Source of the DNA: Psammoneis japonica
Lineage: Eukaryota
DNA length: 64,000 nt
Assembly (NCBI GenBank): GCA_008632985.1
Contig: QPGO01000004.1
Location: 62,001 to 126,000 of the forward strand
Reading direction: 5' to 3'
Shown here: positions 38,390-51,940 of the stretch, piece after piece
Numbering within the stretch: the stretch's first letter is position 1
Layout of the letters: every line of letters starts with the position of its first letter
Notes under the pieces: model-generated
Database searches by the model: none
What the model was told of the DNA's origin: nothing
What the model saw: only the letters and a program-made list of their open reading frames with translations
Made by a program: the position numbers and the translations under genes

Positions 38390-41300
38390 TCTTAGGGCCC
38401 CGCCGGTCTTTTGGCCAAGTTGTCACGCGCCGCTAGCTCGTCGGTGGCCAGCGTGCTAGAAAGTGGCCCCCCACCTGACAGTGTTGGATGATGGGGTCCT
38501 CCAAGGACGCTTCCCATTGCGCTTGCATCTGGGTCTAGCGTTGAGCGATTCAAAATGCGCCTTGGCTCTGTGGACAAGCCTGTCAGCGCAGTGAAGAACG
38601 CTGAGAGCGGCCGGATTTGCCGGGCTGGCAGATCTCACCCCCACGAGAGGTCGTGCAATGGCAGCTGCTCTCCATGACCTTCGCGCTTCGACTGCTCTTC
38701 TCTGGGAGACCGATTGAAGTGAACACATGGAGGACTCTCTCGTGGAAACTGTCACTTGTGGCTGGGACCACCTGGTCCATTAATTCCTCCTCCTCCACTG
38801 TCACGCCCCCTCCGGCCACCTTTCCAATGTGAGATTCATTGACAACAGCAGTGCCCTGTCCTCCAGCCTGGTGAAGCTGCTGTTCAATCTGAGCAAGCAT
38901 TTTGAGCTGCCGAGCTGTGGCTTCAACATGGTGTTGACATTTGCCAGATGTTGCCACCTTCTCTTGGTTCCAAAAGAGAACACAATGCCAAGAATGCCGC
39001 CACACACCACCAGCAGATTCCTGTTGCCAAGACCTGCCAAAAACAAGCTGGCCTTTTCTTTCACAACCCACCAACTGGCCAGGTGGAGTGTTGAAGAGCA
39101 CTGTCCATGGCAATGTGCAATGGCTCTAGAGGCAAAAACTCCAGCACAAACAGCTGCTTCAGCACCACACACCAGAGAACTTTGCAGAAAAGCTTTCTGC
39201 ACAAGATCCCTCAAAAAAGCCAACAGCGCTGCCTTCAAGCTTCTTCCCAAGACAAAGTCCCTTTCTTGTTGTCACTCTCGACAGATCCACATGAACCCAG
39301 TTGTCTCTGCAGTCAAAGTTGTTGAGAAAACCAGGCTCACAATTGTCTCCCCACCCCCCACCCCCCCCCCCTGCTGGAGCTTGTGGTGCACAGTCATTGT
39401 GTTGTTGCACAAAACTGGGAAATGGGTCATCTGCATCCTCCAACTGATTCCAGGAATTCTCTTGTGAATGAAACCCATTGCACAGCAACAGGAAAGTTGA
39501 CAGTGCATGACTGAATGTGAGACAAGCCTTGTGCTCATGATGAGATGCCTGAAGACAATGGACTCAACTTGTGAAACAGAGGCTGACCTCACCCAACAAC
39601 CATCAATCCTGACCTTGTCAACTCCAAATCATCCAAAAAACACCTTCTGACAGCTCTGATCCCTCAAACAAGCCAACAGTGTTGCTGGCCTCCTTCTTCT
39701 CCACTCTCTCATTGAGGCTCATTGTCAGAGAAGGTGACGACCATGGGAAAGCTTGAGAAGTGGGTCCACATGCCTGTTGATTCATTCCCAGCTTGCTTGA
39801 TGTGAACATCTTGAAAGGCTGCAAACAAAATGTCATTGGATGTCTGATCTTGAAAATCTGCATGCTTGCACCTGATGTTCTGCTTTTTTCCATTTGAGGT
39901 TGCTTGCTTGGAGCAGGACAAGGCCAAGGCCAGTGGGTGGCTGTGGGGGTGGGGGGGTGGAGGAGGTGGCTGTGCAAGAGATTTTGAGTTGTTCCTTCTG
40001 TGGCACCTTCTTCTTGAAAATGCCATCATTGACAGCATTCCTTTCAAGATTGGCGGCAACAGCACAGGCTGCATTTCTTGGGATGTCACTTTCCAGTTTT
40101 GCCAGGCCCAGGTGCAACCACATGCTCATTGATTTCCTTTGCATCATCTGTGGTCAACTCTTGAATTGTTCAAAAGCATGAAAGAATCTCACCCTGCACT
40201 GCTGGATCATCTTTAAATCAGTGGTTTCCTCTGAGTTTGACGAAACAGCTCAGCTGTTCTTCATGCTGCCAGCCATTGTTCAAAGTCTTTGTGGATGAAC
40301 AACAGATGATGATTGATGCTCTTTTGGATCAGCGGCATTGACTGTTTCATCTCAAATGCATGTTCATGAAGACAATGAGACACAGCCGTTCAGTGAAGCA
40401 TCCAATTCATTTGAGGTGAGACTAAAATTTGAAGCAACGGAGGCCCCACACATTTGATTTCAGTTCACTTTAAGCACACAGTTATGAAGAGCCCACAAAG
40501 AATGGAGGGGAACAGCAGGAGGAGGCACAGTGGCAGCTGCAGTGGTGGCAGAGTGGAGCGGGGTAAAAATGGTGGACGCAGGGCACGTTTGGTTGAAGGG
40601 ACAGGGGACGTGGGGGCAGGGAAAGTGGAGGCAAATCAAAGGGCATGCACAGAGAGATGGAGGACCACATTGCAGCTGAGGGCCTGAAGAGCCCATTGGG
40701 AGGGAGAGGCAGTGCGGTGAGCACTGCCAAAGCAGTTGGAGGACAGGTGTTGCTGCGCAGAGTCAGCTGATGGAAGAAGGGCAGATGGAGAGGATGAGGC
40801 ACAGAGGAAGGCGGAGCATGAGGCATCAGAGTGTCAGGAGTCAGAGGGAGAAGACCAGGGAGGCTTGGATTGAGATCAGCTGGAAGAGAATGTAGAGCCA
40901 AAGAGAAGCCGAATGGGCAAAGCATCCAAGGCCACCCAGGTGATCAACGGTGCAAGGGAGAAGGAAGACGCCGTCGGTGTTGAGCAAAGCAACAACAACG
41001 GAACCATCAGCAGTGGGGGTGGAAGGGCCAAGAAACTTCAGCCTCATGCTTGCATGGTGTGCCTCAGTTAACTTGGGGGAAGAGGGAGCAGGCAGACCGG
41101 GGGGGGGGGGGGAGAAGGAGCTTGGGGCACGTTGACGTCGGCTGGAATGCAGTGATGACAGGAAGGGGCCAAAAGCAAGGCAGGGGGGGGGGACAGAAAT
41201 GCCAACATCGGCAGGGCAAAGGAGTGGTCAAGCAGGGAGCAGGTTGAGGGGTTCAAGGTGAACATCCTTGGAGTGGCGACATCGCGTTTGTTTGCACGTG

Positions 41301-42300
41301 CTCAGCTCGTCACGAGCTTTTGATCGACACATGGGTCATGGGGTCTGTGAGGTCATCAGAAAAAAACCATTCTCAACCATTGACAGACTGTCGGCACCGG
41401 TTGGTCTGTCTGCCACATCTCTTGTCTTCTCTTTGATGCCTTTTTCTGATTTCTGACATGCACTTTCTGTTTCTTCACTTTGTTTCCCCCCCAAAGATTG
41501 GAGCCACCATGTCGAAGCATTCCTCCTTTCTGTCGTTCTCCCCCACTCCTCTTGTTTGGGAGGTCATCATTGTCATGATGATGTGAGTGCATGCCCCTGT
41601 GAGCAGGGGCAGAAGGTTTCGATGCTTGTTGTGGAATTCCTCTTGTTCAAGGTGTCCGAGTCAGAAGATTTTGTTCTGACTGTGATGCAAGTGGCTGCCT
41701 GCAGTCAGAGACTCAAAGATCTGTCTGAAGACACCTTTTGTGCTGATCTCTCTCCTGAGTCAAACACGTGTTCTGGTTGCAGTGGGATGAAGTTTGGAGC
41801 ATGCAATTCGTGCTGTTGCAGCTGTGCCCGAGAACGAGGAAACGGCGGTCATCGAAACTGCAAAGAGTTGCTCTCACATTTTCAGCAGGTCACTGGAGAT
41901 GAAATCCCTCCCTGTGCAGTGGCCTCTGATTGTCCCATTTCGTGCCCTCCAGCTGTTCTTGCTCTTCAGGAAGCTGCGGAGGCATTTGTTGTTGGACCCT
42001 TTGAGGATGCTGGCATTTCCACAGGCCAGAGCTGTCTCGATGCCATTGGGACTTTGTTGCTTGGCTTGTTTGGTTGTGAAGGTCCCCACTCGAGGACATC
42101 ACAGGTGGCGAGTTCCCATGAGATTTGTTTCTGAGTGAGAGAAGAAGCCAGGAGATGTGGGGCTTGTTTGCTGTTGGCAATCAGTTTGACATTGGCAGTG
42201 TTTGCATGTGTCAGCAGTCAGCAGTCCACTTCTTCTTGCCCTTGCGTGGCGTGTTTACCGCACGTCCATGCTCCGCACAAATCACATTTTTATTCGCCAC
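38390..42300. other. Hypermutated block 3 (TpA/CpG depleted), probable decayed repeat or transposon
   Basis: TA very rare and mostly in CTAG/TTAA; Tyr-free overlapping ORFs; G/C homopolymers at ~39350-39371, ~39944-39957 and ~41099-41112. Confidence 0.88.
41952..42008 (+). pseudogene. Histone H3-like fragment (alpha-2 helix)
   Basis: AVLALQEAAEAFVVGPFED versus H3 AV(M/L)ALQEA(S/A)EAYLVGLFED. Confidence 0.65.
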
Positions 42301-42585
42301 TTAGAGCCCTCTCTACTCTACTCTATGAGCTAGCTGCTGCCACCGGCAGCGGCGCAGTAGAGAGCACTTAGGCCCTACCGGTGCTTGCTTGCTTGCTTCA
42401 TGGTCTCCAGTCTCGTCTGTGCGCGGCTCGTGAGTTAGTCGCACTTGTCAGAGGGAGCGAGAGCTGGTTGCAAAATGACGCGAAAAGATAGAAGCAGAAA
42501 GCGGCGGCGGCGGTCAGCGAAGCTCTGCAGTTACTCGTGGATCAATCTGTCGTAGCCAAGAAGAACTTGGTCTTTGAGTGTTGAA

Positions 42586-44132
42586 ATGAAAGGAAATGAT
42601 GGACGCGCCGCCAGAAAAATACTGCTGAAGCGAGTGGCAACTGTGGTCTCGTTCTTCGCGCTCTTTATCGGGACACTTCACATGACGGGATATCGAAGTA
42701 AGCGAGATCAAGAGAAAGACCAATATCTTAATGCCCCTTCGAACTTGCGGTATGTATCCTCTTGTTTTCAATCTTTTTGAAAAGGAAGAAGCGTTGAGCT
42801 CAGACAGCTTTTGTTGCTTCGTTTTCTTCTCCAAGAAACTCGCACCAACAACGCGCAGCTCCAGGAAAGCAAGTAGATCCGCCAAGACCGAAACTAATAA
42901 CTCTACACGACAAGGACGAAGTCAATGAGATATTATCCGCTTCAATGAATTTGGTGGACCTGCATCACGACCCGGGAGATTTACAAATGTCACCTCCAGA
43001 TAGCTATATCGGTGTGTACGGAGAATTCTGCCAGCTGAATTTTGAAGCACACAAGAACAATCCTTCGAGCGGTGAGTTAATTCTGTGTCGCAATTACATT
43101 AGCAATCGATGCTTGCTTGGGTGTTGTCTCATAAATAACATGAAATACTTTTCGACGTATTCTACAGTCCCAATGTTTCGAGACTTGGTAGCTGCATCGC
43201 CCGAATGTGCCCGAGTGCGATACACGATGGATCTGAGCGACATTGCAAAATTGGCTCGGCAACACGACGAAAAGGTTCAAAAAATGGGCCAATCCGTCCC
43301 AAAAGCCTTGGACTTTAAGGCTGCAGTATTTCATGAGAGTCGTTGTGGATCGACTCTGGTTGCAAATGCCTTGATCGGAATGGATCCAACGCGACATCGT
43401 GTGTACAGTGAATCTGCTCCACCACTTCGAGCACTGACGGCATGTGGACCACCAAACTATCAACAATGCACAGTAAAGCAGGCAGCTGCATTACTCAAAG
43501 ATGTGGTGTATCTAATGGGAAGAACAAACGATAGAAGAGAGGAACGACTATTTTTCAAAATTCAGTCGGCGGGGACGCGAGGATTAGAGGCCTTTCAAGC
43601 AGCATTTCCAACAACACCGTGGATGTTTGTCTATCGCGACCCCGTCCAAGTCATGATGAGCCACCTGAAACAGGGGACCAAAAATGCTAATTGCGTCAAG
43701 AGTAGAATGCATCCAAATTCTATGGCCAAGGACATTATAAGACGTGAAGGATACAAATATTCCACAGATCTTTCTCCTACCATGTTTTGCGCCGTGCATT
43801 TGGCCGCCATTTGCGAGGTTGCGCTTGAAGAGATGGATAGAACAGACAATGGAATACCGGTCAATTATGAATCTTTGCCGGACATACTGTACAATCAAAT
43901 CCTCCCGGAGCAGTTGGATGTTCCAGTTAGTGTCGAACACATCGCTCGAATCAAAGAGATTTCATCTGTTTACAGCAAAGGTCGTAACAACCGTGCCGGG
44001 GAATGGCACGAGGACAGTGAACGAAAAGAACAGGAAGCTTCGGCTGAAGTCAAGCACGCCGCAAGCACCTTCCTACAATATTCTTATGACGAGTTACAGA
44101 AGAGGGTAACGAACCAATTGCGTGAACTGTAG
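42586..44132 (+). CDS. Type II membrane sulfotransferase-like protein (paralog 2; introns 42750-42835, 43072-43167)
   Basis: Starts MKGN like paralog 1; TM; VFHESRCGSTL, RVYSESAPP, WMFVYRDPVQVMMSH. Splicing gives NPSSVPMFRDL versus NPSSVGMFRDL in paralog 1. Confidence 0.85.
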
Positions 44133-44314
44133 CAAAGCGTTGTGGCACTGACAATAGAGCTTCCATTTCTTTACATAAATTAGATCATCAATTATTCTTT
44201 CTTAACTGGACTTACAAGCCACAATCTCTCGAAAATTACCATTGCTCTTGGCTGGTGCAACGAAAGCTGTCAGCAACTTACTGAGCTCACATACAAATCA
44301 AACCAATCGTCATA

Positions 44315-45135
44315 CTACTCCATTTTCTCTAAGAACTTGACACGATCAAGTATCTCCCGTTTGCTCGTTTCTTCCAACTCTCCAGCCAAGATGAATTCAT
44401 CGAGAATTGTGTAGACTTTGTTGAAATTAAAGACAATATCCAACTCGCACACATTGCTAAAGTAGCTATCCAAGAGCTCAACAAACAAATGCACAGTTTC
44501 CAAATAACTCAACTCGTTGTCCGTAATGTCAACCGCAATCGTAAAGAATAATCCTGCATATCTCCGGTATATCAGCTTGAAATTGTTGTACTCGATAAAG
44601 TTTGTGTACTTCTTGTCTCGGGAAGCTACCAGACGATGAACGTCAGCTTCCACACGAGCCTTTTCCGCTTCGCCAGACATTGCAGAATTCATACTTGCGT
44701 TGGGTGGCGGAACATACCTGAAACAAAAAAAAAGCAAGAGAGATAAGCGATTGTGTGCACTTTCGAGAAGTAAAGGGCATTTACAATGCGCAGTAAAGGG
44801 CATTTTCAATACCAAAGCGCCAAGTCTCGACTCCCAACGGAGAGCGACAGAGCTTTCAAAGCAGTATTGACGCCAGGACATTTTCGGCTGAAAGCTGAAA
44901 AAAATGACATGAGACCACAAAGAAATCACGCACAACACCGAAAGACTTACCACTTTGATAATCTCGTCTTGCCTTGTCGATTTTGCAATAAGAAGAAGCG
45001 AATCTAAGATACAGGCAAATACAGAGAAAACAGGTCAGAAATATCGGTGCAGACATAAAATTGAAAAATATCGTGCTTCATCAAAATTGTATTGTCCCAT
45101 TTGTGCCTCGTCCATCGCGCAAACGAGCTCACCAT
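44315..45135 (-). CDS. AP2S1: AP-2 adaptor complex sigma subunit; introns 45004-45132 and 44718-44950
   Basis: Spliced [20 protein letters not shown]...YRRYAGLFF...[28 protein letters not shown]-only first coding exon. Confidence 0.9.
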
Positions 45136-45912
45136 TTTTCTTCGTAGTCAGAATACAGTAAGACGATCGATTGCGCTGAGGATCTGCTACGATACAGAGA
45201 TTGACAGCACGAAGCGATGAGTTGCAACGGAGGTCTTTGGCTGTCGTGCACGGTGTGAGTGAGCATCCACGATGGTTTCTGGGAAAACAATGCGCATCTG
45301 TTTCGTGTAGAATTTGTACCAGTGCCTACGGAAGGCATCGTGCGAATCCGCCTCCGCAGATACACGGTCACGAAACACCCAATCACGCATGTACACTGCC
45401 ACGAATACTTATGGTCCACGACTGAAAAAGAGATTTCTACGAGTTTTCTGTAACGTACGTACATGAAAGGTGACATATTATATTATAAGGAGTAAATGGT
45501 AAATATATATTCGTAATATTCGTCTATATTATATAAGAGAATAATAATAATATAATTATCGCAAATGTCCATTGACTTTTCCGAGTATCAACGGTGATAA
45601 AGTCAACTATCAAATTACCGAACGTTGCATTCCACCAGCTCTCCACCTAATTAAAAAGTTTACGATATAGACGACCATGCAAAATATCTTTTTTATTTAC
45701 TGCTGAATAAACTTTCAAAAATTACTATCAAAATTTTCCATGTCAGAATTTGTCACAATTGCGGCGGCTCATTTTTTGTCGTCGCCACGATCTCGCCACG
45801 CTCGCTGGTTGTTTCCCACGAAGCTCGTGCCTTCACCAAAAGTGCCACAACTTGCTTTTCAGTATCGGCGTTCCCTCACAAAAGCGAGCTTTGCGATAGC
45901 GCACACAATACA

Positions 45913-48204
45913 ATGGCTGTTCCATCAAAAACACACAAACGGACAAGTTCCACAACAAAGATCACCTCACAAAAAGGAGCGCCCCGATCAAGTATGCCGA
46001 GACATCATAAGCTACCTCAGACTCCAGTCAGCGATCCGCACAGTCCGCACAGTACTCGGAGGCGATCAACCGGTGGATCTCAGGTCCCAGTTTCCCGCAG
46101 ATCAAAAGTTTCGAGTAGTGGACCGCACAATCACATTACAATCAAGAAAACACACATTCGCAGTAAAATGGATGACTCCACCATTAGTGATGCGGGGTCG
46201 CTGGGCTCGTACCCCAGCGAGTATCGCGAGTTCATGTCGTCTCGCAAGGAGCGTGGACCGAAAACGCTTCGAGACGAATCACCAAGTCGGCGTGCATATG
46301 ACCGACGTCCAGAAGGAAGATCAACCTATCGGCAGGATCAATATTTAGAAGTGAAACAGTCTATTGAAGGTACGTTGTTTCGTCATGGTCATCCGCAATT
46401 TCAATTCCAAAGAAGCGGTATGTTGGAATTCAACGTACCAGTACATTTTCTACGTGATTTTCTACGGCGTTGTAACGACTAGTTTTGAGGGCTGAATTGA
46501 ACATTTTGAATACGAAAATACTGTTTTTGAAAAATGAAAATGTTTGCTTTTCCCTATTTCTTTTTTTGTTCATGGTTCAGCACAGTATGCATGACCATGT
46601 TGTTGCCACTTTGCTCGAACTTTCTCACCTCTGTGCTATCAAAATGACCTTTTCTATATTATACAGAGTTAAACAAAGCCATTGGGCACGATAGTCGAAT
46701 CGAAGCACTTGCAAATGCTTGTGCACGGTTTGACCACTGGGACGAAAAGAAACATGCTGCCGAACTGAGGTATGGCGCAGCCAGTGTTCTAGGCTTGATT
46801 CTTTCCATGACCGACGACGATGATGAGGTGCGCCTGATTTGTGCTGCAATTGAAATGATCTTTCGAGCGTCGCAAAGGACAGTTCAGGCGGCGTTTATAG
46901 ATGTAGGCGCCTCTATTGTTCCAATCATGCTAAGACTATTGGAACGATGCGAGACCGGAACTATGAAACATGCGGATCATTCCATAACGAGCATTACCAA
47001 GACCCTGCTTTACGTTTCAAGAGTTCCTGAATTACGCAACTCACTAGCACGACAGCAAGGAATGCTTGATGCCCTTGTACGAGTTGCAACGTCCATATTG
47101 AATGTCGAGTCTCGTATCGCGAGAATTAGAGTCGTTGCAAATCTTGCAAATTGTGAAGCAAACAAGATACTAATGTTTGAGCACGAGGGGCTTTTGGAAA
47201 GTCTAATGAGAATTGCTGCATTGGATCTCTCAGACAGCGCCCGAGAGTACGCTGGGGCAGCGTTAATGGACCTAGCTTCTTGCCCTGACAATCAAGTACC
47301 AATGGCCAAGATCGACAAGGTCCTTGGAACTCTCGTAAAGCTGGCTGTCGTTGAGAATGTAGACGTTACAAGAGAATCCGCTGTAACATCTCTGCAGAAC
47401 TTGGCCTTTGCAAAAGACAATCGTGTCCGTCTCGTTACTTACAGTTCTGGGGTTGTATTGGAAGCCCTAAAGAAGACTGTGAGTGGAGATCCGAACGACA
47501 AGGCACGTCGACGAGCTGCAGGCGCTTTGACAAATCTAGCATGCGAGGAGACGGCCCAACGAATGGGAAGCCATAAAGGTTTACTCGAAACTCTTGCAGT
47601 TGTGTCAACCAAAGACTCCTGTAATGACGTGCAAACCCGAGCATCCTTGGCACTTACAAAGGTAGCCGCGAGCATCACGGTCAAGATGGCTTGTCACGAA
47701 ACCTTGTTGGATTCGTTGGTTGTAGCATCGTTGAGTGCCAGTGCCAACAGCGTTTCGGCTGTCCTCCGTGTAAAGGCGCGAGAATCTGAAAACCGAGAAA
47801 GCATGGCACGTCATCCAGGAATCCTTGACACATTGGCTGATATTTGTGTCAGTTCAGAATACAGCATCAAGGATCGTGATAATTCTATGCGTGCCTTGAT
47901 GCATTTGACAAACGAGCCTAGCAATCTCAAAATCATGTGCAACAAGACAATTCTCGATGCATTTGTGACTGGGGCATGCCTTGACGGAAACAAGTTTAAA
48001 GATATCAGAGAGTCTGCAATTGTGGCCATGGAGCGAATGGCCACTGAATTTTCGAATCGCAAACCTATGGCTCTGCACGACGGCCTACTCGTTGCAGTAG
48101 CCAAGGCTGCAGAAAGGGAAGCAAAGATTGAACTGGCCGGCAACAAGGACGGACAAGCGCTATTGGCAAAGCCGCTGCTTATGAGCTTGCTTGTGGCCAT
48201 GTAA
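45913..48204 (+). CDS. Armadillo-repeat protein (intron 46370-46666)
   Basis: Repeats AREYAGAALMDLA, TRESAVTSLQNLA, ARRRAAGALTNLA. The GTACGT...CAG intron joins the 45913 ORF to the 46795 frame. Confidence 0.85.
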
Positions 48205-48591
48205 TTTTAATGGAATCGGCGAGTTCCTTGCTTTGGGGGGGGAATCCGAAATACGTACCTTTATTCTGTTGGTGCATTGCTGCTTCTTGAGACGCTATGG
48301 CGCATAGTAAGCACACTATTCTAGAAGCACGCACGAACCCTACAACGCTTTCAACAAATTTTCGTTTAGAGTGTTATGCACCTCTGTTACTGGGCGATGT
48401 GCACAGAGGTTGGTAGGCTCCAACAAGGAGGTGATTGATATGTCTCGCGACATATATACACACCCGCCATCTTTCTAATTTTACGGTTTGATCTCCGCAG
48501 CTTTTCTACAGGTATGGATTGCCAAAGCAGAATAATCTTTGTCTCTTGCCCCAACATTACTACCATACAAGACTAGCACCGTTACCATGTG

Positions 48592-49684
48592 CTAGACAAT
48601 TGAAGGCACATGTGGCGGGAGGCCAGTCTCGCTGCAACACGTTGCGGCATATGTTTCATAGTCGGCCGTGTGCCTGGCCATTTGCGCCACTGCACAGCAC
48701 GAACAGAAACACGAACAGCAAAAGTCTTCCATTCCCGACTGGCAGTACATTTCTGGAATGGCGTACTTTTCTCGGAGACGACGTCGTGTCTTGGCCAAGG
48801 CATAGACCAAGTACACGGCAAAGACAATATTGTAAATTAGATTGATCCACAAGTACACAAGTCCAGTCGAGAGCATTTTCTGGCTGACATTCTCCATCTC
48901 CTCTTCTTCAATGATGAAAATATAGACAATGTACCGGAAGACATTTATAGCCAAAGTGTATACCGTTCCAGGAAGGTACGTGAAAGCAAACAACGGATTC
49001 AACACAATGTACGTGAGAAAGGTGAAAGCCACAACACGAAAGGTACTTTTCGTTTCGTAGTCTTCCTCTCCGAGCCAATTCAACTTTAGCCTCGTCATCA
49101 CCTGTGCCATTGCAACTTTTTTAAACAAAGGCAAAGAAATACTTTAGCAATGCGTCAAAGGGTGGTAGAAAGACTCTCATTCGTAAAATCAACTTACTGG
49201 GAGTGCAGCAATAAGAAAGACCAAAGATCTGTTGACAACAGCCAAGCTTGAAGACATCGTAAAACAAGTGATCCTTCCAATGTCCAACAGGTACATTCAC
49301 GCGAGGCACTGCCATTGCACGAAGGTCCGAACTCTCTTCCGTCTGCCCAACGGATTGAATCGGAGCTGAGAACTTCTGCCCTTCTTCCACTCCACCTTGT
49401 GGCTATGATATAGGACCAAAATCGGAGAGCTCATGAGACATAAAAACAACACAACAATGATAACTACAAATCACCGTTCAACTTACAACTGTGACTGTCA
49501 CAGTCATGGAACCAACTTGAGCTTCAAACTGATACCCTTCAGGCAACGTGCCAGGAGCTACAACTTCGACGTGCGCCACGCCGGTTGCCACCGGTGTGTC
49601 GGAATCAATCAACGTTTCCGCCATGGCAACGGGGGCATACTCTTGTCGCCCTCCGCTGGAGATTTCATCGTTTGTCCCACCCAT
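48592..49684 (-). CDS. PLAC8-family Cys-rich membrane protein (introns 49403-49486, 49116-49197)
   Basis: GHWKDHLF...CC...CCTP|IAMAQVMTRL, and TRRRLREKYAIP...EDFCCSCFCSCCAVAQMARH. Confidence 0.88.
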
Positions 49685-50470
49685 GGTGTAGAGCTTGTCG
49701 TTGATAAACAAAGGAAGCGCAACAAGACAAACAACAAACAACGAACGTGACTGAAACTAAAACTCAAAGTCTTCGGTGATGACTTCGAACCCGGCTTTTG
49801 GCGCAAGATCGACTTGCAGTACGTTCCTACTCGTCAAAATGCGTATGTAGAAAACATAGAAAATCGTACGTACATGAATTCTTCGTCTCAACGCATCAAC
49901 GATCGCGAAGACGGTGGCTCACAACCCAAAAGGTACGATGGCGCAGCACCTGATAGCGTCCCATGACCCAAAGCCCCGTCGTCGTTGTTGATGTCTTGCT
50001 TTGTTCCCGCGATAGATCATGCACAACATGAGCGTTGCTTCTTTCGCCTCGCTTTTCTCCGTGTCAAATGGCGTCAATCCTTATGAATTTGGTTGACACG
50101 GCACATTTGGTACCGCGGCGTTGCTGCCTGCTCCGGTACAATTCTTGCGTTCGTTTCAACGAGAGAGCGGCTTCATTGGCCCACGTTTTTTCTTGTTGCA
50201 TGTTCAGTTGATGTTCTACGCAAATTCATACTGAACTGGATACGTATGTAGCGCACCAGTATCATTTCTACGTGACTTTCACCGCTCATTTTTTGTTTTT
50301 CGAACCACCAAACGGCCTGTCGGCTATCATGCTTCACAATGCTCACAACTTGATGCACAACAATTAGGCTACAGATTCAATACGAGAGAATTGCAACTCA
50401 CACGTCCTTGCTACTCGTATTTGATTAACTCAATCAGTGAATTCGAATTCGCCGCAGATACATCAAGATC

Positions 50471-51508
50471 ATGCCTGGTCCAAAGATGGGTCCGCGCCCC
50501 ACGGACTTTGACGAAGAGCTTGTACGCCAGGCGCCCACCTTTGTCAAGTGGTCAAAGCTCGAGGCGGGAGAGAAACTTCGGTATGCCTGTCGTGACTTTA
50601 TCAAGGGAAATGGGGATGACGAGGAGCGTCTCATGCGAAGAATCATGATTGCACGCCGAAACAATTTGAGGGACCACGAAACCCTCAAGCGCGCACGTCA
50701 ATCCGAACGCAGCATGTCTGATGGGGATCCTGCTGCTACAACTGGAGAGGCAGCTGTGGTTGTCAAGAAGGCAAAGAGGCAAGTCCGTAGCAAAGCGGGT
50801 GGAATGACCGATGCTCAGGTCCTCAAGGAAATGGATATCGCCGCCGTCGAAGCAACACGATCTTATCGTCAGTGGGCCTCCTTGGAAGACGGAAAGGAGT
50901 TTACGTACAACCAAAAATACACCAAGGGAAAAGATGGACACGATTGGCTGCTACGAAAGAATATCTGGAGGCGAATGCGATACCGACGCGAGAACAAGAA
51001 AATGGTGGAACGTCTCAAAGCTGGCCCTGACGGTGCCACGGACAGCACCATGTCGGCTGCCGCTGCGACGCAAATTGTGGATCATGCACTCTTGGCAAGT
51101 GCCGCAGCAGCCGCCACCACCACCACGACAACAACGCCAAGCAATGTAGCAGAAGGTGCAACTGCTGCCGATTTGAAATCAGAGGACGTCACCACGGCCG
51201 CCGCCGCCGCGGCTGGTTCTCAGTTTGTCCCCACAGCAGTGGTGGAAGCAGCAGTCGCAGCGGCCGAGTCTTATGTTAAGGAACAGACAACGACCGAGGA
51301 TGCCGCCGTAGACCCTAATCTCTCCACAATTGCAGCCATGTCGGTCCCTAGTGCCAACGACTTGACGGTGCACAATCCTTTGGAGGGTACTGCTGCCAGT
51401 AGCGAGGCTTTGGATGCAGCAGCCAAGCTCGCAGCTGCGGCGGCACCTCCTTCAACAATGCAAAGTCAAGATGAAACTGAACCTGCCAAGGATATTGTGA
51501 TTGTGTGA
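50471..51508 (+). CDS. Hypothetical protein with a duplicated basic N-terminal module and Ala/Thr-rich tail
   Basis: 345-aa ATG ORF with coding-like composition. Confidence 0.8.
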   Translation: MPGPKMGPRPTDFDEELVRQAPTFVKWSKLEAGEKLRYACRDFIKGNGDDEERLMRRIMIARRNNLRDHETLKRARQSERSMSDGDPAATTGEAAVVVKKAKRQVRSKAGGMTDAQVLKEMDIAAVEATRSYRQWASLEDGKEFTYNQKYTKGKDGHDWLLRKNIWRRMRYRRENKKMVERLKAGPDGATDSTMSAAAATQIVDHALLASAAAAATTTTTTTPSNVAEGATAADLKSEDVTTAAAAAAGSQFVPTAVVEAAVAAAESYVKEQTTTEDAAVDPNLSTIAAMSVPSANDLTVHNPLEGTAASSEALDAAAKLAAAAAPPSTMQSQDETEPAKDIVIV

Positions 51509-51940
51509 GAAAGTAAAATACCATAAGGTAGTGCGCGAATCTTTTTGTTTACCATTATTGCCTTTTCTCAGGCGTTCTGCTTGGCAGGAGCCGTCTATCA
51601 TGTCCTTGGAGTTTACATAACTGCCGTGCTCTATCGAAAATGTATGTTGCTGACTCTATCCATAAAAAAAATCTCTGTTCAGAGGAGAGTGAAGTCCACC
51701 CGCCTTTTTTCGCGACGACTCTCGCGCCACACTGAACACTGTGACGACGACTCACCGATCACTCATTCATTCAACATCTTTCGTGTGATTGTTTTTGTTC
51801 GGTGTCGTCGCAATCTCCGTCAACTTGCCGTTGCCGTGCTTTCTTTGTGCCCATAAGAGTTCGATGTTGATTACAGAATACTGTGAGGAGCCTTTGAAAG
51901 TTGAAAGAACCGCGTGATACTCTTCTTCACCTTTTAAACC

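Noticed and set aside
38391..42382. cttagggccccgccggt / cttaggccctaccggt as a target-site duplication around block 3
   Set aside because: Imperfect match, and a similar motif occurs at ~55085, so it is more likely a recurrent intergenic motif.
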